The notes: generated by a model from the letters alone, not told the origin. A DNA stretch of 64,000 bases from Auanema rhodensis (GCA_964057225.1 OZ059895.1:9734001-9798000), one strand, 5' to 3'; counted from the stretch's first letter, positions 1 through 11,068 are shown. Made by a program: numbers and translations.

Positions 1-350
1 TATCTTTTCCGTAACAAATGTTTTCAATTTTCAAGCACTTTTACTTAGATAGCTCAACCAAAGGAAAGCAAATTATCTTCAATTTTATTTCTATATTACA
101 GTTATAAACCAGTAGGTAATGAAACCTTCATCTTGAATTTACTGTTTCTATCTATTTCCTATCAAAACAAACATTGTTCAAACACTATGCAACTATGAAA
201 CCTTTTTTAATTTATTGTATTTGGAGCTCATAAAATTTGATATCATCGAGGGATCCAGATGGAACGTGGAAAATTACATAACTAAAATGAAATTGGAAAA
301 AAAAGTATAACAAGGATAAGTATGTTAACGACTGAATATCAGATATTTTC

Positions 351-383
351 GCTTACGACCATACCACGTTGAAAGTACGCCAT
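351..383 (+). pseudogene. Truncated 5S rRNA 5' fragment (nt ~1-33); representative copy, one per satellite monomer
   Basis: Closely matches the nematode 5S 5' end as I recall it (GCTTACGACCATATCACGTTGAATGCACGCCAT); similarity stops before the expected CCCGTCCGATC, and box A/IE/box C are absent. Confidence 0.85.
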
Positions 384-3139
384 ACAGCTGATTTTCAATT
401 TTATCTTTTCCGTAACAAATGTTTTCAATTTTCAAGCAGTTTTACTTAAATAGCTCAACCAAAGGAGAGCAAATTATCTTCAATCTTATTTCTATATTAC
501 AGTTATAAACCAGTAGTTGTTGAACCTTCATTTTAACTTTACTGTTTCTATCTATTTCCTATTAAAACAAACATTGTTTAAACACTATGCAAGTATAAAA
601 CCTTTTTTAATTTATTGTATTTGGAGCTCATAAAATTTGATATCATCGAGGGATCCAGATGGAACGTGGAAAATTACATTACTAACATGAAATTGGAAAA
701 AAAAGTATAACAAGGATAAGTATGTTAACGATTGAATATCAGATATTTTCGCTTACGACCATACCACGTTGAAAGTACGCCATACAGCTGATTTTCAATT
801 TTATCTTTTCCGTAACAAATGTTTTCAATTTTCAAGCACTTTTACTTAGATAGCTCAACCAAAGGAAAGCAAATAATCTTCAATTTTATTTCTATATTAC
901 AGTTATAAACCAGTAGGTAATGAAACCTTCATCTTGAATTTACTGTATCTATCAATTTCCTATCAAAACAAACATTGTTCAAACACTATGCAACTATGAA
1001 ACCTTTTTTAATTTATTGTATTTGGAGCTCATAAAATTTGATATCATCGAGGGATCCAGATGGAACGTGGAAAATTACATAACTAAAATGAAATTGGAAA
1101 AAAAAGTATAACAAGGATAAGTATGTTAACGACTGAATATCAGATATTTTCGCTTACGACCATACCACGTTGAAAGTACGCCATACAGCTGATTTTCAAT
1201 TTTATCTTTTCCGTAACAAATGTTTTCAATTTTCAAGCACTTTTACTTAGATAGCTCAACCAAAGGAAAGCAAATTATCTTCAATTTTATTTCTATATTA
1301 CAGTTATAAACCAGTAGGTAATGAAACCTTCATTTTGAATTTACTGTTTCTATCTATTTCCTATCAAAACAAACATTGTTCAAACACTATGCAACTATGA
1401 AACCTTTTTTAATTCATTGTATTTGGAGCTCATAAAATTTGATATCATCGAGGGATCCAGATGGAACGTAGAAAATTACATAACTAAAATGAAATTGGAA
1501 AAAAAAGTATAACAAGGATAAGTATGTTAACGATTGAATATCAGATATTTTCGCTTACGACCATACCACGTTGAAAGTACGCCATACAGCTGATTTTCAA
1601 TTTTATCTTTTCCGTAACAAATGTTTTCAATTTTCAAGCACTTTTATTTAGATAGCTCAACCAAAGGAAAGCAAATTATCTTCAATTTTATTTCTATATT
1701 ACAGTTATAAACCAGTAGGTAATGAAACCTTCATATTGAATTTACTGTTTCTATCTATTTCCTATTAAAACAAACATTGTTCAAACACTATGCAACTATG
1801 AAACCTTTTTTAATTTATTGTATTTGGAGCTCATAAAATTTGATATCATCGAGGGATCCAGATGGAATGTGGAAAATTACATTACTAACATGAAATTGGA
1901 AAAAAAAGTATAACAAGGATAAGTATGTTAACGATTGAATATCAGATATTTTCGCTTACGACCATACCACGTTGAAAGTACGCCATACAGCTGATTTTCA
2001 ATTTTATCTTTTCCGTAACAAATGTTTTCAATTTTCAAGCACTTTTACTTAGATAGCTCAACCAAAGGAAAGCAAATTATCTTCAATTTTATTTCTATCT
2101 TACAGTTATAAACCAGTAGTGAATGAACCATCATCTTACCTTCACTGTTTCTATCTATTTCCTATCAAAAGAAACATTGTTTAAACACTATACAACTGTG
2201 AAACCTTTTTTAATTTCTTGTATTTGGAGATCATAAGATTTGATATCATTGAGGGATCCAGATGGAACGTGGAAAATTACATAACTAAAATGAAATTGGA
2301 AAAAAAAGTATAACAAGGATAAGTATGTTAACGATTGAATATCAGATATTTTCGCTTACGACCATACCACGTTGAAAGTACGCCATACAGCTGATTTTCA
2401 ATTTTATCTTTTCCGTAACAAATGTTTTCAATTTTCAAGCACTTTTACTTAGATAGCTCAACCAAAGGAAAGCAAATTATCTTCAATTTTATTTCTATAT
2501 TACAGTTATAAACCAGTAGGTAATGAAACCTTCATATTGAATTTACTGTTTCTATCTATTTCCTATTAAAACAAACATTGTTCAAACACTATGCAACTAT
2601 GAAACCTTTTTTAATTTATTGTATTTGGAGCTCATAAAATTTGATATCATCGAGGGATCCAGATGGAATGTGGAAAATTACATTACTAACATGAAATTGG
2701 AAAAAAAAGTATAACAAGGATAAGTATGTTAACGATTGAATATCAGATATTTTCGCTTACGACCATACCACGTTGAAAGTACGCCATACAGCTGATTTTC
2801 AATTTTATCTTTTCCGTAACAAATGTTTTCAATTTTCAAGCACTTTTACTTAGATAGCTCAACCAAAGGAAAGCAAATTATCTTCAATTTTATTTCTATA
2901 TTACAGTTATAAACCAGTAGGTAATGAAACCTTCATATTGAATTTACTGTTTCTATCTATTTCCTATTAAAACAAACATTGTTCAAACACTATGCAACTA
3001 TGAAACCTTTTTTAATTTATTGTATTTGGAGCTCATAAAATTTGATATCATCGAGGGATCCAGATGGAATGTGGAAAATTACATTACTAACATGAAATTG
3101 GAAAAAAAAGTATAACAAGGATAAGTATGTTAACGATTG

Positions 3140-3145
3140 AATATC
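3140..3145 (+). repeat. Target-site duplication, left copy (AATATC)
   Basis: Empty monomers read TTG-AATATC-AGATATTTTC; here AATATC flanks both ends of the element. Confidence 0.95.
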
Positions 3146-3183
3146 AGTAGAGAGCCGTGCAAAATTTACTAACCACGCCCCCA

Positions 3184-3299
3184 AACAGCTGTCAAAAACA
3201 TACTTTTGGGGGCGTCAGCTGCTAAAAACATACTTTTGAGGCGCGTCAGCTGTCAAAAACATATTTTTGAGCGTCAGCTGTTAAAATCATATTTTGGGA
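3184..3299 (+). repeat. Subterminal ~30-bp repeats x4 with CAGCTG core (mirrored at ~18805-18920)
   Basis: CAGCTG at 3186, 3216, 3247, 3275 in unit GCGTCAGCTGTCAAAAACATAYTTTTG. Confidence 0.9.
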
Positions 3300-3753
3300 T
3301 CATGGTTCATGGATTCTCCTTTTTTAAATTTAAAAATCATGATTTAAAGCATGATTTTTTTTTTTTTAAATCAAATTTAAATATGCTTTTTCAAATGTAT
3401 GTATATATTTTTAATTATTTTTAAATATATTAAGTAAAAATAAAAATCTTAATTTTAAATATTTAAATTATATTTAAATTTTATATATATATAAATTATA
3501 TTTAAACTTTAAATATTTAAATTATATTTAAATTTTATATATATAAATTTTATATATAAATTATATTTAAATATTTAAATATTTAAATATGTAAATTTGT
3601 TTTTTAAATTTTATTTATTTATTAAATTTATTAATAATGTTTGTTTACTTGATTTGTTTATTTTTTATTGTATTGTGTTTGTATTGTTTTTATTTTAAAG
3701 AACAGTAAAATTTTTGCATGTATATCGTTTTGTTCACCGTACTTGTTATGGGT

Positions 3754-3965
3754 AATTCAATGGAACACATATCGAAGGTTAATTCGATAAGAACGATATG
3801 AAATACAAAATTCAATGGAACACATATCGAAGGTTAATTCGATAAGAACGATATGAAATACAAAATTTAATGGAACACATATCGAAGGTTAATTCGATAA
3901 GAACGATATAAAATACCAAAATTTAATGGAACACATATCGAAAGTTAATTCGATAAGAACGACAT
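3754..3965 (+). repeat. 55-56 bp tandem repeat x4 within the left TIR
   Basis: TGGAACACATATCGAAGGTTAATTCGATAAGAACGAT at 3761, 3816, 3871, 3927. Confidence 0.93.
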
Positions 3966-4358
3966 TAAATTATTAATTTTTGAAATTACAAATTGTTATT
4001 AATTATATTTATTCTAACAAGTAAAAGTTTCAAATTATAATAAAAGATTAGTTTTAAACTTTATTTTACTAATATAACAATACAATAACTAAATAGAGCA
4101 CACATTGAAGGTAAATACAATAAGATTAAGAAACAGTTGCGCTGACCTCAATGAAACGCATAAAGTTAATTTAATAAGAACTAATAACAAAAATTAATCC
4201 GATGGGGACAATAAAAACAGATGTATTCAATAAGCTTATTTATTTTAAAGTTTATCGCAACTGCTAGTTTTGACAGCTGTACCCAAATCCATGTTACATA
4301 ACAAATTACAATGCCAACAGCAATGTGTAGACTGATATATTCATTATATCAAGGTACA

Positions 4359-7300
4359 ATGGCTGCTAATAGGTTGTGTCTTTTTGTTTATTTGTTTGTA
4401 AACTTTTTCTTTTTTCAGTTATAAACGTTTATGTGAAGAGCTAGGATTTGATTATGAAGAGATTAATCAGCTCAGGTAATTTAACAATATTTTGAATCTT
4501 TATATATATTTTGTTTTTTAGTAAACGTATAAAGTTTACCGAGGCTGGTGGGATCGAGCTCTGTGAGCCCACATCACCCACTTTTAACAGTGGGTCCTCA
4601 TCATCAAGGGTTATTGAAGTAATAACCTTGGATGACAGTGATGAGTAAGCGATATTAAAAATTATAACAATTAGTTTTTTCTTTTTAAGAGAATGGGATC
4701 CCGCTACCCCATCAACCAGTGGAGGGCAAGTCGGATATGGAGCGGCTCTCAACGATGTCTGTAAAATAGAGGTGCGATCTTTTATTTACATATCATTTCA
4801 TAATATATCTTTTGAAACATGAAATTTTCTCTTGCTCCAGTTGCATATTTTGAAAACATTTTGAAATTTATTTCTCTTTTTCAATTGCATTCATAAAATT
4901 CTCTCTTTCTCATCTTTACATTTCATCTCAATCTATATCTTTTATCAAACAAATTGCAAGTATTTTGAAATTTACATATTCATTCTTTTGAACAGCATTC
5001 ATTTTAAAATCTTTACATTTCATCTCACTATCTATCTTTCTTTCAACCAATTTTGAATTCTTACAAACTATAAATATTTCAAACATTTTGAACTAGTAAA
5101 ATAATAAAACACCATCTTGACCTTCTCATTAATTTTTAAACATTAACAAATGTTTATAAAAGTTTTTTCAAAGTTGATAAAAAAAAAATCTTTATATTTA
5201 AAAATCAAATACCTTTTAATTTTAATAAAAGAATATAAAAATAATTTAAAGAAGAGTAAATTTATTAAAAGTTATAAACAAAAATTATTTATATTTAAAT
5301 TAAAAGCGTATAACCATTATAAAAAATATGTATTATAGTGGTCACACCGACGCATAAAACGAACTGGTCGGTTCACCAACGTGGTCGTTAGATCGCTCAC
5401 GTTCCCACATTTGGAAGCCATTAATGAGCCAATGCATGTTGTCATGCCGCGGCTATTTAATGAGTTTCTTGATCGGTGCCTTGCTGAAAGTGGTGTGCCA
5501 GATAAACAAAAAGCGCTATTTTGTTTATCAATAGAGCACCCATCCTTTGAAAAGGGATCCATATTTATGGATTTCCGTAGAAGGGAGCATTTGGATGGCG
5601 TTGCCATCATGAATGCCATCAGCAAGGTGCAGCAATCAAAGCGAGAGGCTGTAATTAGCCAGGCAATGAATATTGAAATGTATGTGTTTGATGAGAGACC
5701 AGTGCAACCAAGCCTGATGCCTGGTGAAGGTAGAGTTGGTTTCTATTTTGATGCCGAACTCAAAATACCTGGCACAATTGAGAACACTGATACACATTGC
5801 CTGGCTAGAGCAGCAGTTGTGGGAATGTGGAGAGCCGATGAAGAGGCAGCAGAAGATGTTGTTGAGAAGCGGAGGATTCAAAATCTTCGTCGCAACTACA
5901 TCTTGTTGCCAAATCAACCACATCATATCAATTTATTGAATAGGTGTGGTATTTCTGTACATTTACCAAATTATAATTTGAACCATTTAAATATTATTGC
6001 AAGTTGTAATACAGACTATAAGTTTGTAGTATACGCTAGGCCACCTGGACAGCGTATGTACGCTATTCAGCGTATCTTTAATGAAACGGCTAGCAAAGTG
6101 GTAACACTAGGCTACCGAAATAATCATTATGACTGTATTACAACTTGTAGTAGATCACAGATTTTTGATGGTATTATATGCCAACACTGTAAATTATCTT
6201 ACAAAACAGTGTTGCATAGATGTAAAGCCAAGTGTAAGAAATGCCACACCTTAAAATGTAATTCGATGGAAAATGTGGTTGAAAGTAGCATAAGATGTGA
6301 TAGTTGTAGAGTTTTGTTTAAAACTCGTCAATGCTTTGACAGGCATATTAGAAAAACATGTCGAATGTTTAAGGTAATTTAAAAAATATATATAAAATTT
6401 TACAAGACTAAATTCAGACATGTGAAAACTGTGATCATTATCACAGGGTGCGTGCAGATAGACCGCACAATTGCAATGAGAAATTTTGCAAAAAGTGTGG
6501 ACAAACAAAGCCTGAAGATCATTCTTGTTGTTGGGTACCACCTAACGACAAGAAGAAGGATCAGTTAAAAAAGAGGCAAGAAAAATACAAGGTTTGTATT
6601 TTACATCTTTACAAGTGTAATGCTTACTTGTTTAAGATTATATTCTATGACTTTGAAACGGTTGTGTTAAAAAGCGGTACAAATGTTCATGAATATGCAG
6701 ATGAACAATGGCCCAATATGGTTGTGTATAATAAATTTTGTGAAAGTTGTATAGATGCCAACTCATGTGAAAAATGCACAACCAAGGAGGGCCATTTTGG
6801 GTATCAACAAGGTGATAGTGAATGGTCTGTAACAGATCGTTTCCTTGATTGGTTACTCAACTCTGTTGAGAATGATAATGCAATTTTGATTGCGCATAAT
6901 GGTTCACGCTTTGACATACATTTCTTGGTGTCTAGGCTGATAAACCGTGGTATATATCCTGATCCAATTTTAAATGGGACCAAGATTATAAGCATGGTTG
7001 TCAAGCCTTTAAGAGGTCAAAAATTTAATCATTTATATTTTAAAGATAGTTATTTATTAGTGCCTTTACCCCTATCAGCGTTACCCAAGGCATTTGGTGT
7101 ACCTGATATGAGTAAAGGACAGTTTCCTTACCTCTTTAACCATCCAATAAATTATGGCAAAGTGTTACCATCTTTACCACCAAAACAGTACTATTGTACT
7201 GCTAGAATGAAAGCAGAAGACCTAGCTTCATTCAATATTTGGTATGAAGAGCGTAATCAAAGAGCGTTTGATTTTGATGAAGAGCTTTTGGAATATTGTA

Positions 7301-9565
7301 GGACAGATGTCCGTATTTTAACCAACTGTATGAAAGTTTACATGAAGTTGGCAACCGCCACCACTGGCTGGAACCCTGTCATACAGTGTATGACATTTGC
7401 CAGTTTCTCTTTATTCCAGGCAAGTTTTTTCAAATACAAGCATTTTCAAAACTAGTATATTACAGCTGAAAATGAATCATATTAAAGAGAACCAAGTGGG
7501 TATTCTGCCCGAGACTGGTTATTATGCCGGTCAAAAGCAGAGTATAATAGCCATAAAGTATATAAAATGGCTAGAACAAGGACTGGGCCGCCCATTAATG
7601 CATAAGCTTAATGGTGGTGAATTTGCAGTGAGAGTAGATGGTCATCGCTATCTACTCGATGCTTATGACCCCGTTGCCAATCATGGCTATGAGGTGAGTA
7701 ATTTGTGATAAATGTAAAAAATTCAAATTTTTGTAGATTAATGGTTGCATTTACCATGGTTGCCCCCAGTGCACCAACAAGAGCGCTATAGCACCAGGTA
7801 GAAATGGTGAAACAATGGAAGAGGTAATTGTGACTTTTTTAATCATTTTAACTTTTAAAATTTAGGTTTATGATAAAACCATGAAAAGGCTTGAAGCAAT
7901 TCAAAGCCAAGGCATTAGTGTTACCACAGTGTGGGAGCACGAAATTAATGCTCAAATTTCGGCCAATGAAGAAATGGCGAAATTTATGCGTGAAACAAAT
8001 GTTGTTACACGCTTGGCACCTAGAGATGCCTTTACCGGTGGCCGCACCCAGACATATAAGCTTTTGGCACAAGCTTCGGATAGATACTCGCTCGAGTATG
8101 TGGACTTTTGTTCACTATATCCATATGTCACAGCCTTTGATGCCTATTACCCTGTAGGTAATCCCAAAGTTATTACTGAGGGTTTCAAAAGCTTTGAGAC
8201 ATGTTGCCCATACAAGGGGCTAGTAAAATGTGACGTGCTTGCACCCACAAATTTGCTGTACCCTGTATTAGGCACACGTATTGGCGGTAAACTTATTTTT
8301 ACAAACTGCCGCACTTGTGCAGTCAAAAGTAAAAATGTAACATGTGAGCACCAGAATGATGTAAATGCTAGAAAGCTGCATCTAACCGTGACACATGTTG
8401 AGCTCGAGTGTGCCATACAACGTGGCTATAAAGTGCTTCATGTGCATGAGGTGTGGCACTGGGAAGAATGGCAACAAGGCGGCCTGTTTAAAGAATTTGT
8501 ACAAAAGTACATCAAAATTAAACAAGAGGCGTCGGGCTGGCCAAAGCCAAACATGACAGAGGAAGAAAAGGTATGTTTTAACAAAAGTATCACATTAAAT
8601 AGAATTTTACAGGTGATTTATCTCCAAGAGCACGAGGAGAACACTGGTGTTGCTCTGGAGAGCAATAAAATTGAGAAGAATGCTGCCATGCGTAGCATTG
8701 CCAAACTGCAGCTAAATAGGTTTGTAAACTTTTTAAAACAGTACATTACAAATTTGCTTATAGTGTCTGGGGTAAAATGGGTCAAAGACCTGATAAAGCC
8801 CAAACCAAGATTATTGGTGTTGAGGACCCAGAAATTGGTAGGATCATTACTGATCCTGCAAGGGAACTCACTGGGTTCAAAATTGTGGATAATGTTGCGT
8901 ACTGCACAACAGTACCAGAGGATTCACATTTGGCACCACCGCCTTTTACAAATGTAGCTATTGCGGCCTATACAACCGCTCATGCAAGGCTACTATTGTA
9001 TAAGGCAATGGAGAAAATTGGAAAGAATTTGGTGTATACAGGTAATGTTATACTTTGTATTCAATTTAAACTTACATTATTTAGACACGGATTCACTAAT
9101 TTATCAAAGGTGCCTGGATGAGCCAGATCCAATTGAGGATATGAAGGGTGAATGGTTAGGTAAACTAACCTCTGAAATACCCGATGGTTGGTCAATGACC
9201 AAGTTTGTGTCACCAGCGGCAAAAGTTTATAGTTATAAACTTGTAAATGCAGCTGGTGATGTAAAATATGTAACAAAGGCAAAGGGAGTGGTAAGTACGA
9301 GCTTTGACTTTTCAAATAATTTTATAATTTACAGACGTTGGACCACACGGCAGCGTCAGTGGTAAACTTTGAAAGTATGGAGCGACTGGTTCGCGGTCTC
9401 GTTATGGATGGAGAGAAATTGGTTTTAAAAACCAATACGACATTGTTAAAGAGGCAACTCGGTGCCATATCCACAATGGATATGACAAAAAGTACTAGAG
9501 TCGTAATGGATAAACTTTGTTATCTACAAGATTATAGTACTTTACCCTACGGTTATTGTGAATAA
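4359..9565 (+). CDS. Protein-primed family B DNA polymerase (pPolB), spliced, predicted 1369 aa. Exons: 4359-4372, 4419-4475, 4522-4644, 4690-4771, 5339-6373, 6418-6591, 6637-7419, 7466-7693, 7737-7823, 7866-8570, 8613-8719, 8764-9041, 9085-9290, 9335-9565
   Basis: Exo I IIFYDFET, Exo II AHNGSRFD, FKDSY, KGQFPY, Exo III YCRTDV, TGGRT, motif A YVDFCSLYP. Motifs B (KLQLNS|VWGK), C (YT|DTDS) and KAKGV|TL are restored only by removing 42-46 nt introns. All phases join in frame (4110 nt). The first four exons are less certain than the rest. Confidence 0.92.
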
Positions 9566-9659
9566 TATATTTGAATTTATAAATTTTTATCTTGTATATA
9601 TTTGAATTTATAAATTTTTATCTTGTATATATTTGTATTTATAAAATTTTATCATTGTA
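9566..9659. repeat. 31-bp tandem repeat x3 in the convergent pPolB/MCP 3' intergenic region
   Basis: TATATTTGAATTTATAAATTTTTATCTTGTA at 9566, 9597 and, degenerate, 9628. Confidence 0.85.
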
Positions 9660-9733
9660 CATGTGTTTATTTTTAAAAATAGTTGTATTAATAAATTTTA
9701 TTCTTAAATCTTTTAAAGAATTTATTACATACA

Positions 9734-11068
9734 TTACAAACTGGTATCAATATATGGAGCACGATTGTTGTCAATTGAAAGAATAGAGTCATACTCTGCA
9801 TAAACAATTGCATATAAGCCCTCTTGCGGCGTTTGTTGACCAAATTCCAATTTCAAGGCTACATTACCTTGTCGTATAACATCAAATAACTCTGACGAAT
9901 GCACAGTAGGAGAAATATCAAATACAAAAAATGTGAAACCAGCTTTATACATTGCTGGTGTAATACCATTGGATGAATCTGTACGACCAAGTCCCAAACC
10001 TTCCAGCATGTCAATATATGCTGTGGCATAGGAAGATCGCCATTCTAAATTATAAGGACGGGTAGGTATTACCCTATTGTTGAGCGTCAAGTATATATTT
10101 TTCAAATCAAACGGTTTAAAGTTGAATGGCGAATGTTTAAAAGTACCATTATAAGCGTGTGCGCCGACAAGACCTACTACAACACGTTTTGGTGTATGAG
10201 ACGTGAATAATATATTATTAGGTGAATCCAAGCGGCCTCCTTCTATGAAATAAGAGCGCATTTTCACTGATGTCATGGGGTAGTGTATTCGATCCTTTGC
10301 GAGTTTATCTTCTATAGCCATAACTAATCCAGCGTTTAGATCAAACTCTTGAATGAGCAAATGTACATCGCTGATATCTACTTTCAAATTTGGAAACTCC
10401 TCCTTTAATGTAGTATCCTTGTTTTCATTATTCCAGCCTAGAGTGTCAATTAAAAAGTTATCACGGTTTGGATATGCAGTTAGCTCCATTTTTGAATAGT
10501 TTACAAACAGTCGCTCTTGATTAAATAGGTCGATACTGACGGGAGCAGCCATCTCACACAATATGCCATTTTTTACAAGCGCTTGACGCGTTCTAAATCC
10601 AGCACTGGATGCATTATCTATATATCTATCAGCATAATAGCCTGATATGGCAAGTTTGCTCTCTTTAACATCGTTGCTATACATTAAAATATTCTCGATA
10701 TATGTTTTATAGGCATGATTCACGGTAGAGTCATACACGCTAACATCACCAATTTTCAAATGATACGAATGTATTAAACTGGCAGCAAATTGTTGACATG
10801 GTGCAAAAACAAGGTTGTCTGGTACTGGATCACCGTTTGTGGTTACAATTTTAAATTTTACATTCAACCAACATCTTCTCAGATTGAGGAATGATTTGGA
10901 ATTTTGAGCTATAACAAATTCCCATGGTCCTTGAGGAAGAAAAGTATTTTTCAAAGGGACTTGTACAGTACGAGTGGATTCAACACCTAATGCCGACGCA
11001 GGTATATCACCATAGTTGATATTAGGTAAAAGGGCTTGTGCTGATTTTGAATCTATCAATTTAGCCAT
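9734..11068 (-). CDS. Major capsid protein (double jelly-roll; Polinton PY), 444 aa
   Basis: Polinton MCP-like segments: YKTYIENILMYS, PKRVVVGLV..AYNG..SPFNFKPF, Y..GFTFFVFDISP, GNVALKLEF, IVYAEY; size and context. Confidence 0.92.
   Translation of the reverse strand: MAKLIDSKSAQALLPNINYGDIPASALGVESTRTVQVPLKNTFLPQGPWEFVIAQNSKSFLNLRRCWLNVKFKIVTTNGDPVPDNLVFAPCQQFAASLIHSYHLKIGDVSVYDSTVNHAYKTYIENILMYSNDVKESKLAISGYYADRYIDNASSAGFRTRQALVKNGILCEMAAPVSIDLFNQERLFVNYSKMELTAYPNRDNFLIDTLGWNNENKDTTLKEEFPNLKVDISDVHLLIQEFDLNAGLVMAIEDKLAKDRIHYPMTSVKMRSYFIEGGRLDSPNNILFTSHTPKRVVVGLVGAHAYNGTFKHSPFNFKPFDLKNIYLTLNNRVIPTRPYNLEWRSSYATAYIDMLEGLGLGRTDSSNGITPAMYKAGFTFFVFDISPTVHSSELFDVIRQGNVALKLEFGQQTPQEGLYAIVYAEYDSILSIDNNRAPYIDTSL

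Larger units (their letters stand above)
1..3145 (+). repeat. Tandem satellite, 400-401 bp monomer (~7.8 copies), containing a 5S rRNA 5' fragment; left part of array
   Basis: GCTTACGACCATACCACGTTGAAAGTACGCCAT recurs at 351, 751, 1152, 1553, 1954, 2355, 2756 with near-identical intervening sequence. Confidence 0.99.
3146..4162 (+). repeat. Left terminal inverted repeat (~1.0 kb)
   Basis: Reverse complement of 17891-18958; match traced inward to ...CAGTTGCGCTGACCTCAA(..)ACGCATA. Confidence 0.95.

Noticed and set aside
351-470. Functional 5S rRNA gene array
   Set aside because: Only ~33 of ~119 nt present; no internal control region or 3' strand of helix I
3206-3424. 72-aa ORF in the left TIR (and 18590-18898, 18754-19059 in the right TIR)
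   Set aside because: Translations of TIR repeats/low-complexity DNA; one crosses the element boundary; frames differ between TIRs
4441-4752. 103-aa minus-strand ORF
   Set aside because: Antisense shadow of the pPolB micro-exons; runs through their introns
5150-5338. 62-aa K/I/L-rich ORF
   Set aside because: AT-rich sequence inside the predicted long pPolB intron
5381-9565. pPolB as a frameshifted pseudogene or several separate genes
   Set aside because: Every frame break coincides with a 42-46 nt intron whose removal restores conserved motifs
9592-9786. 64-aa hydrophobic ORF
   Set aside because: Derived from the AT-rich 31-bp repeat and overlaps the MCP 3' end antisense
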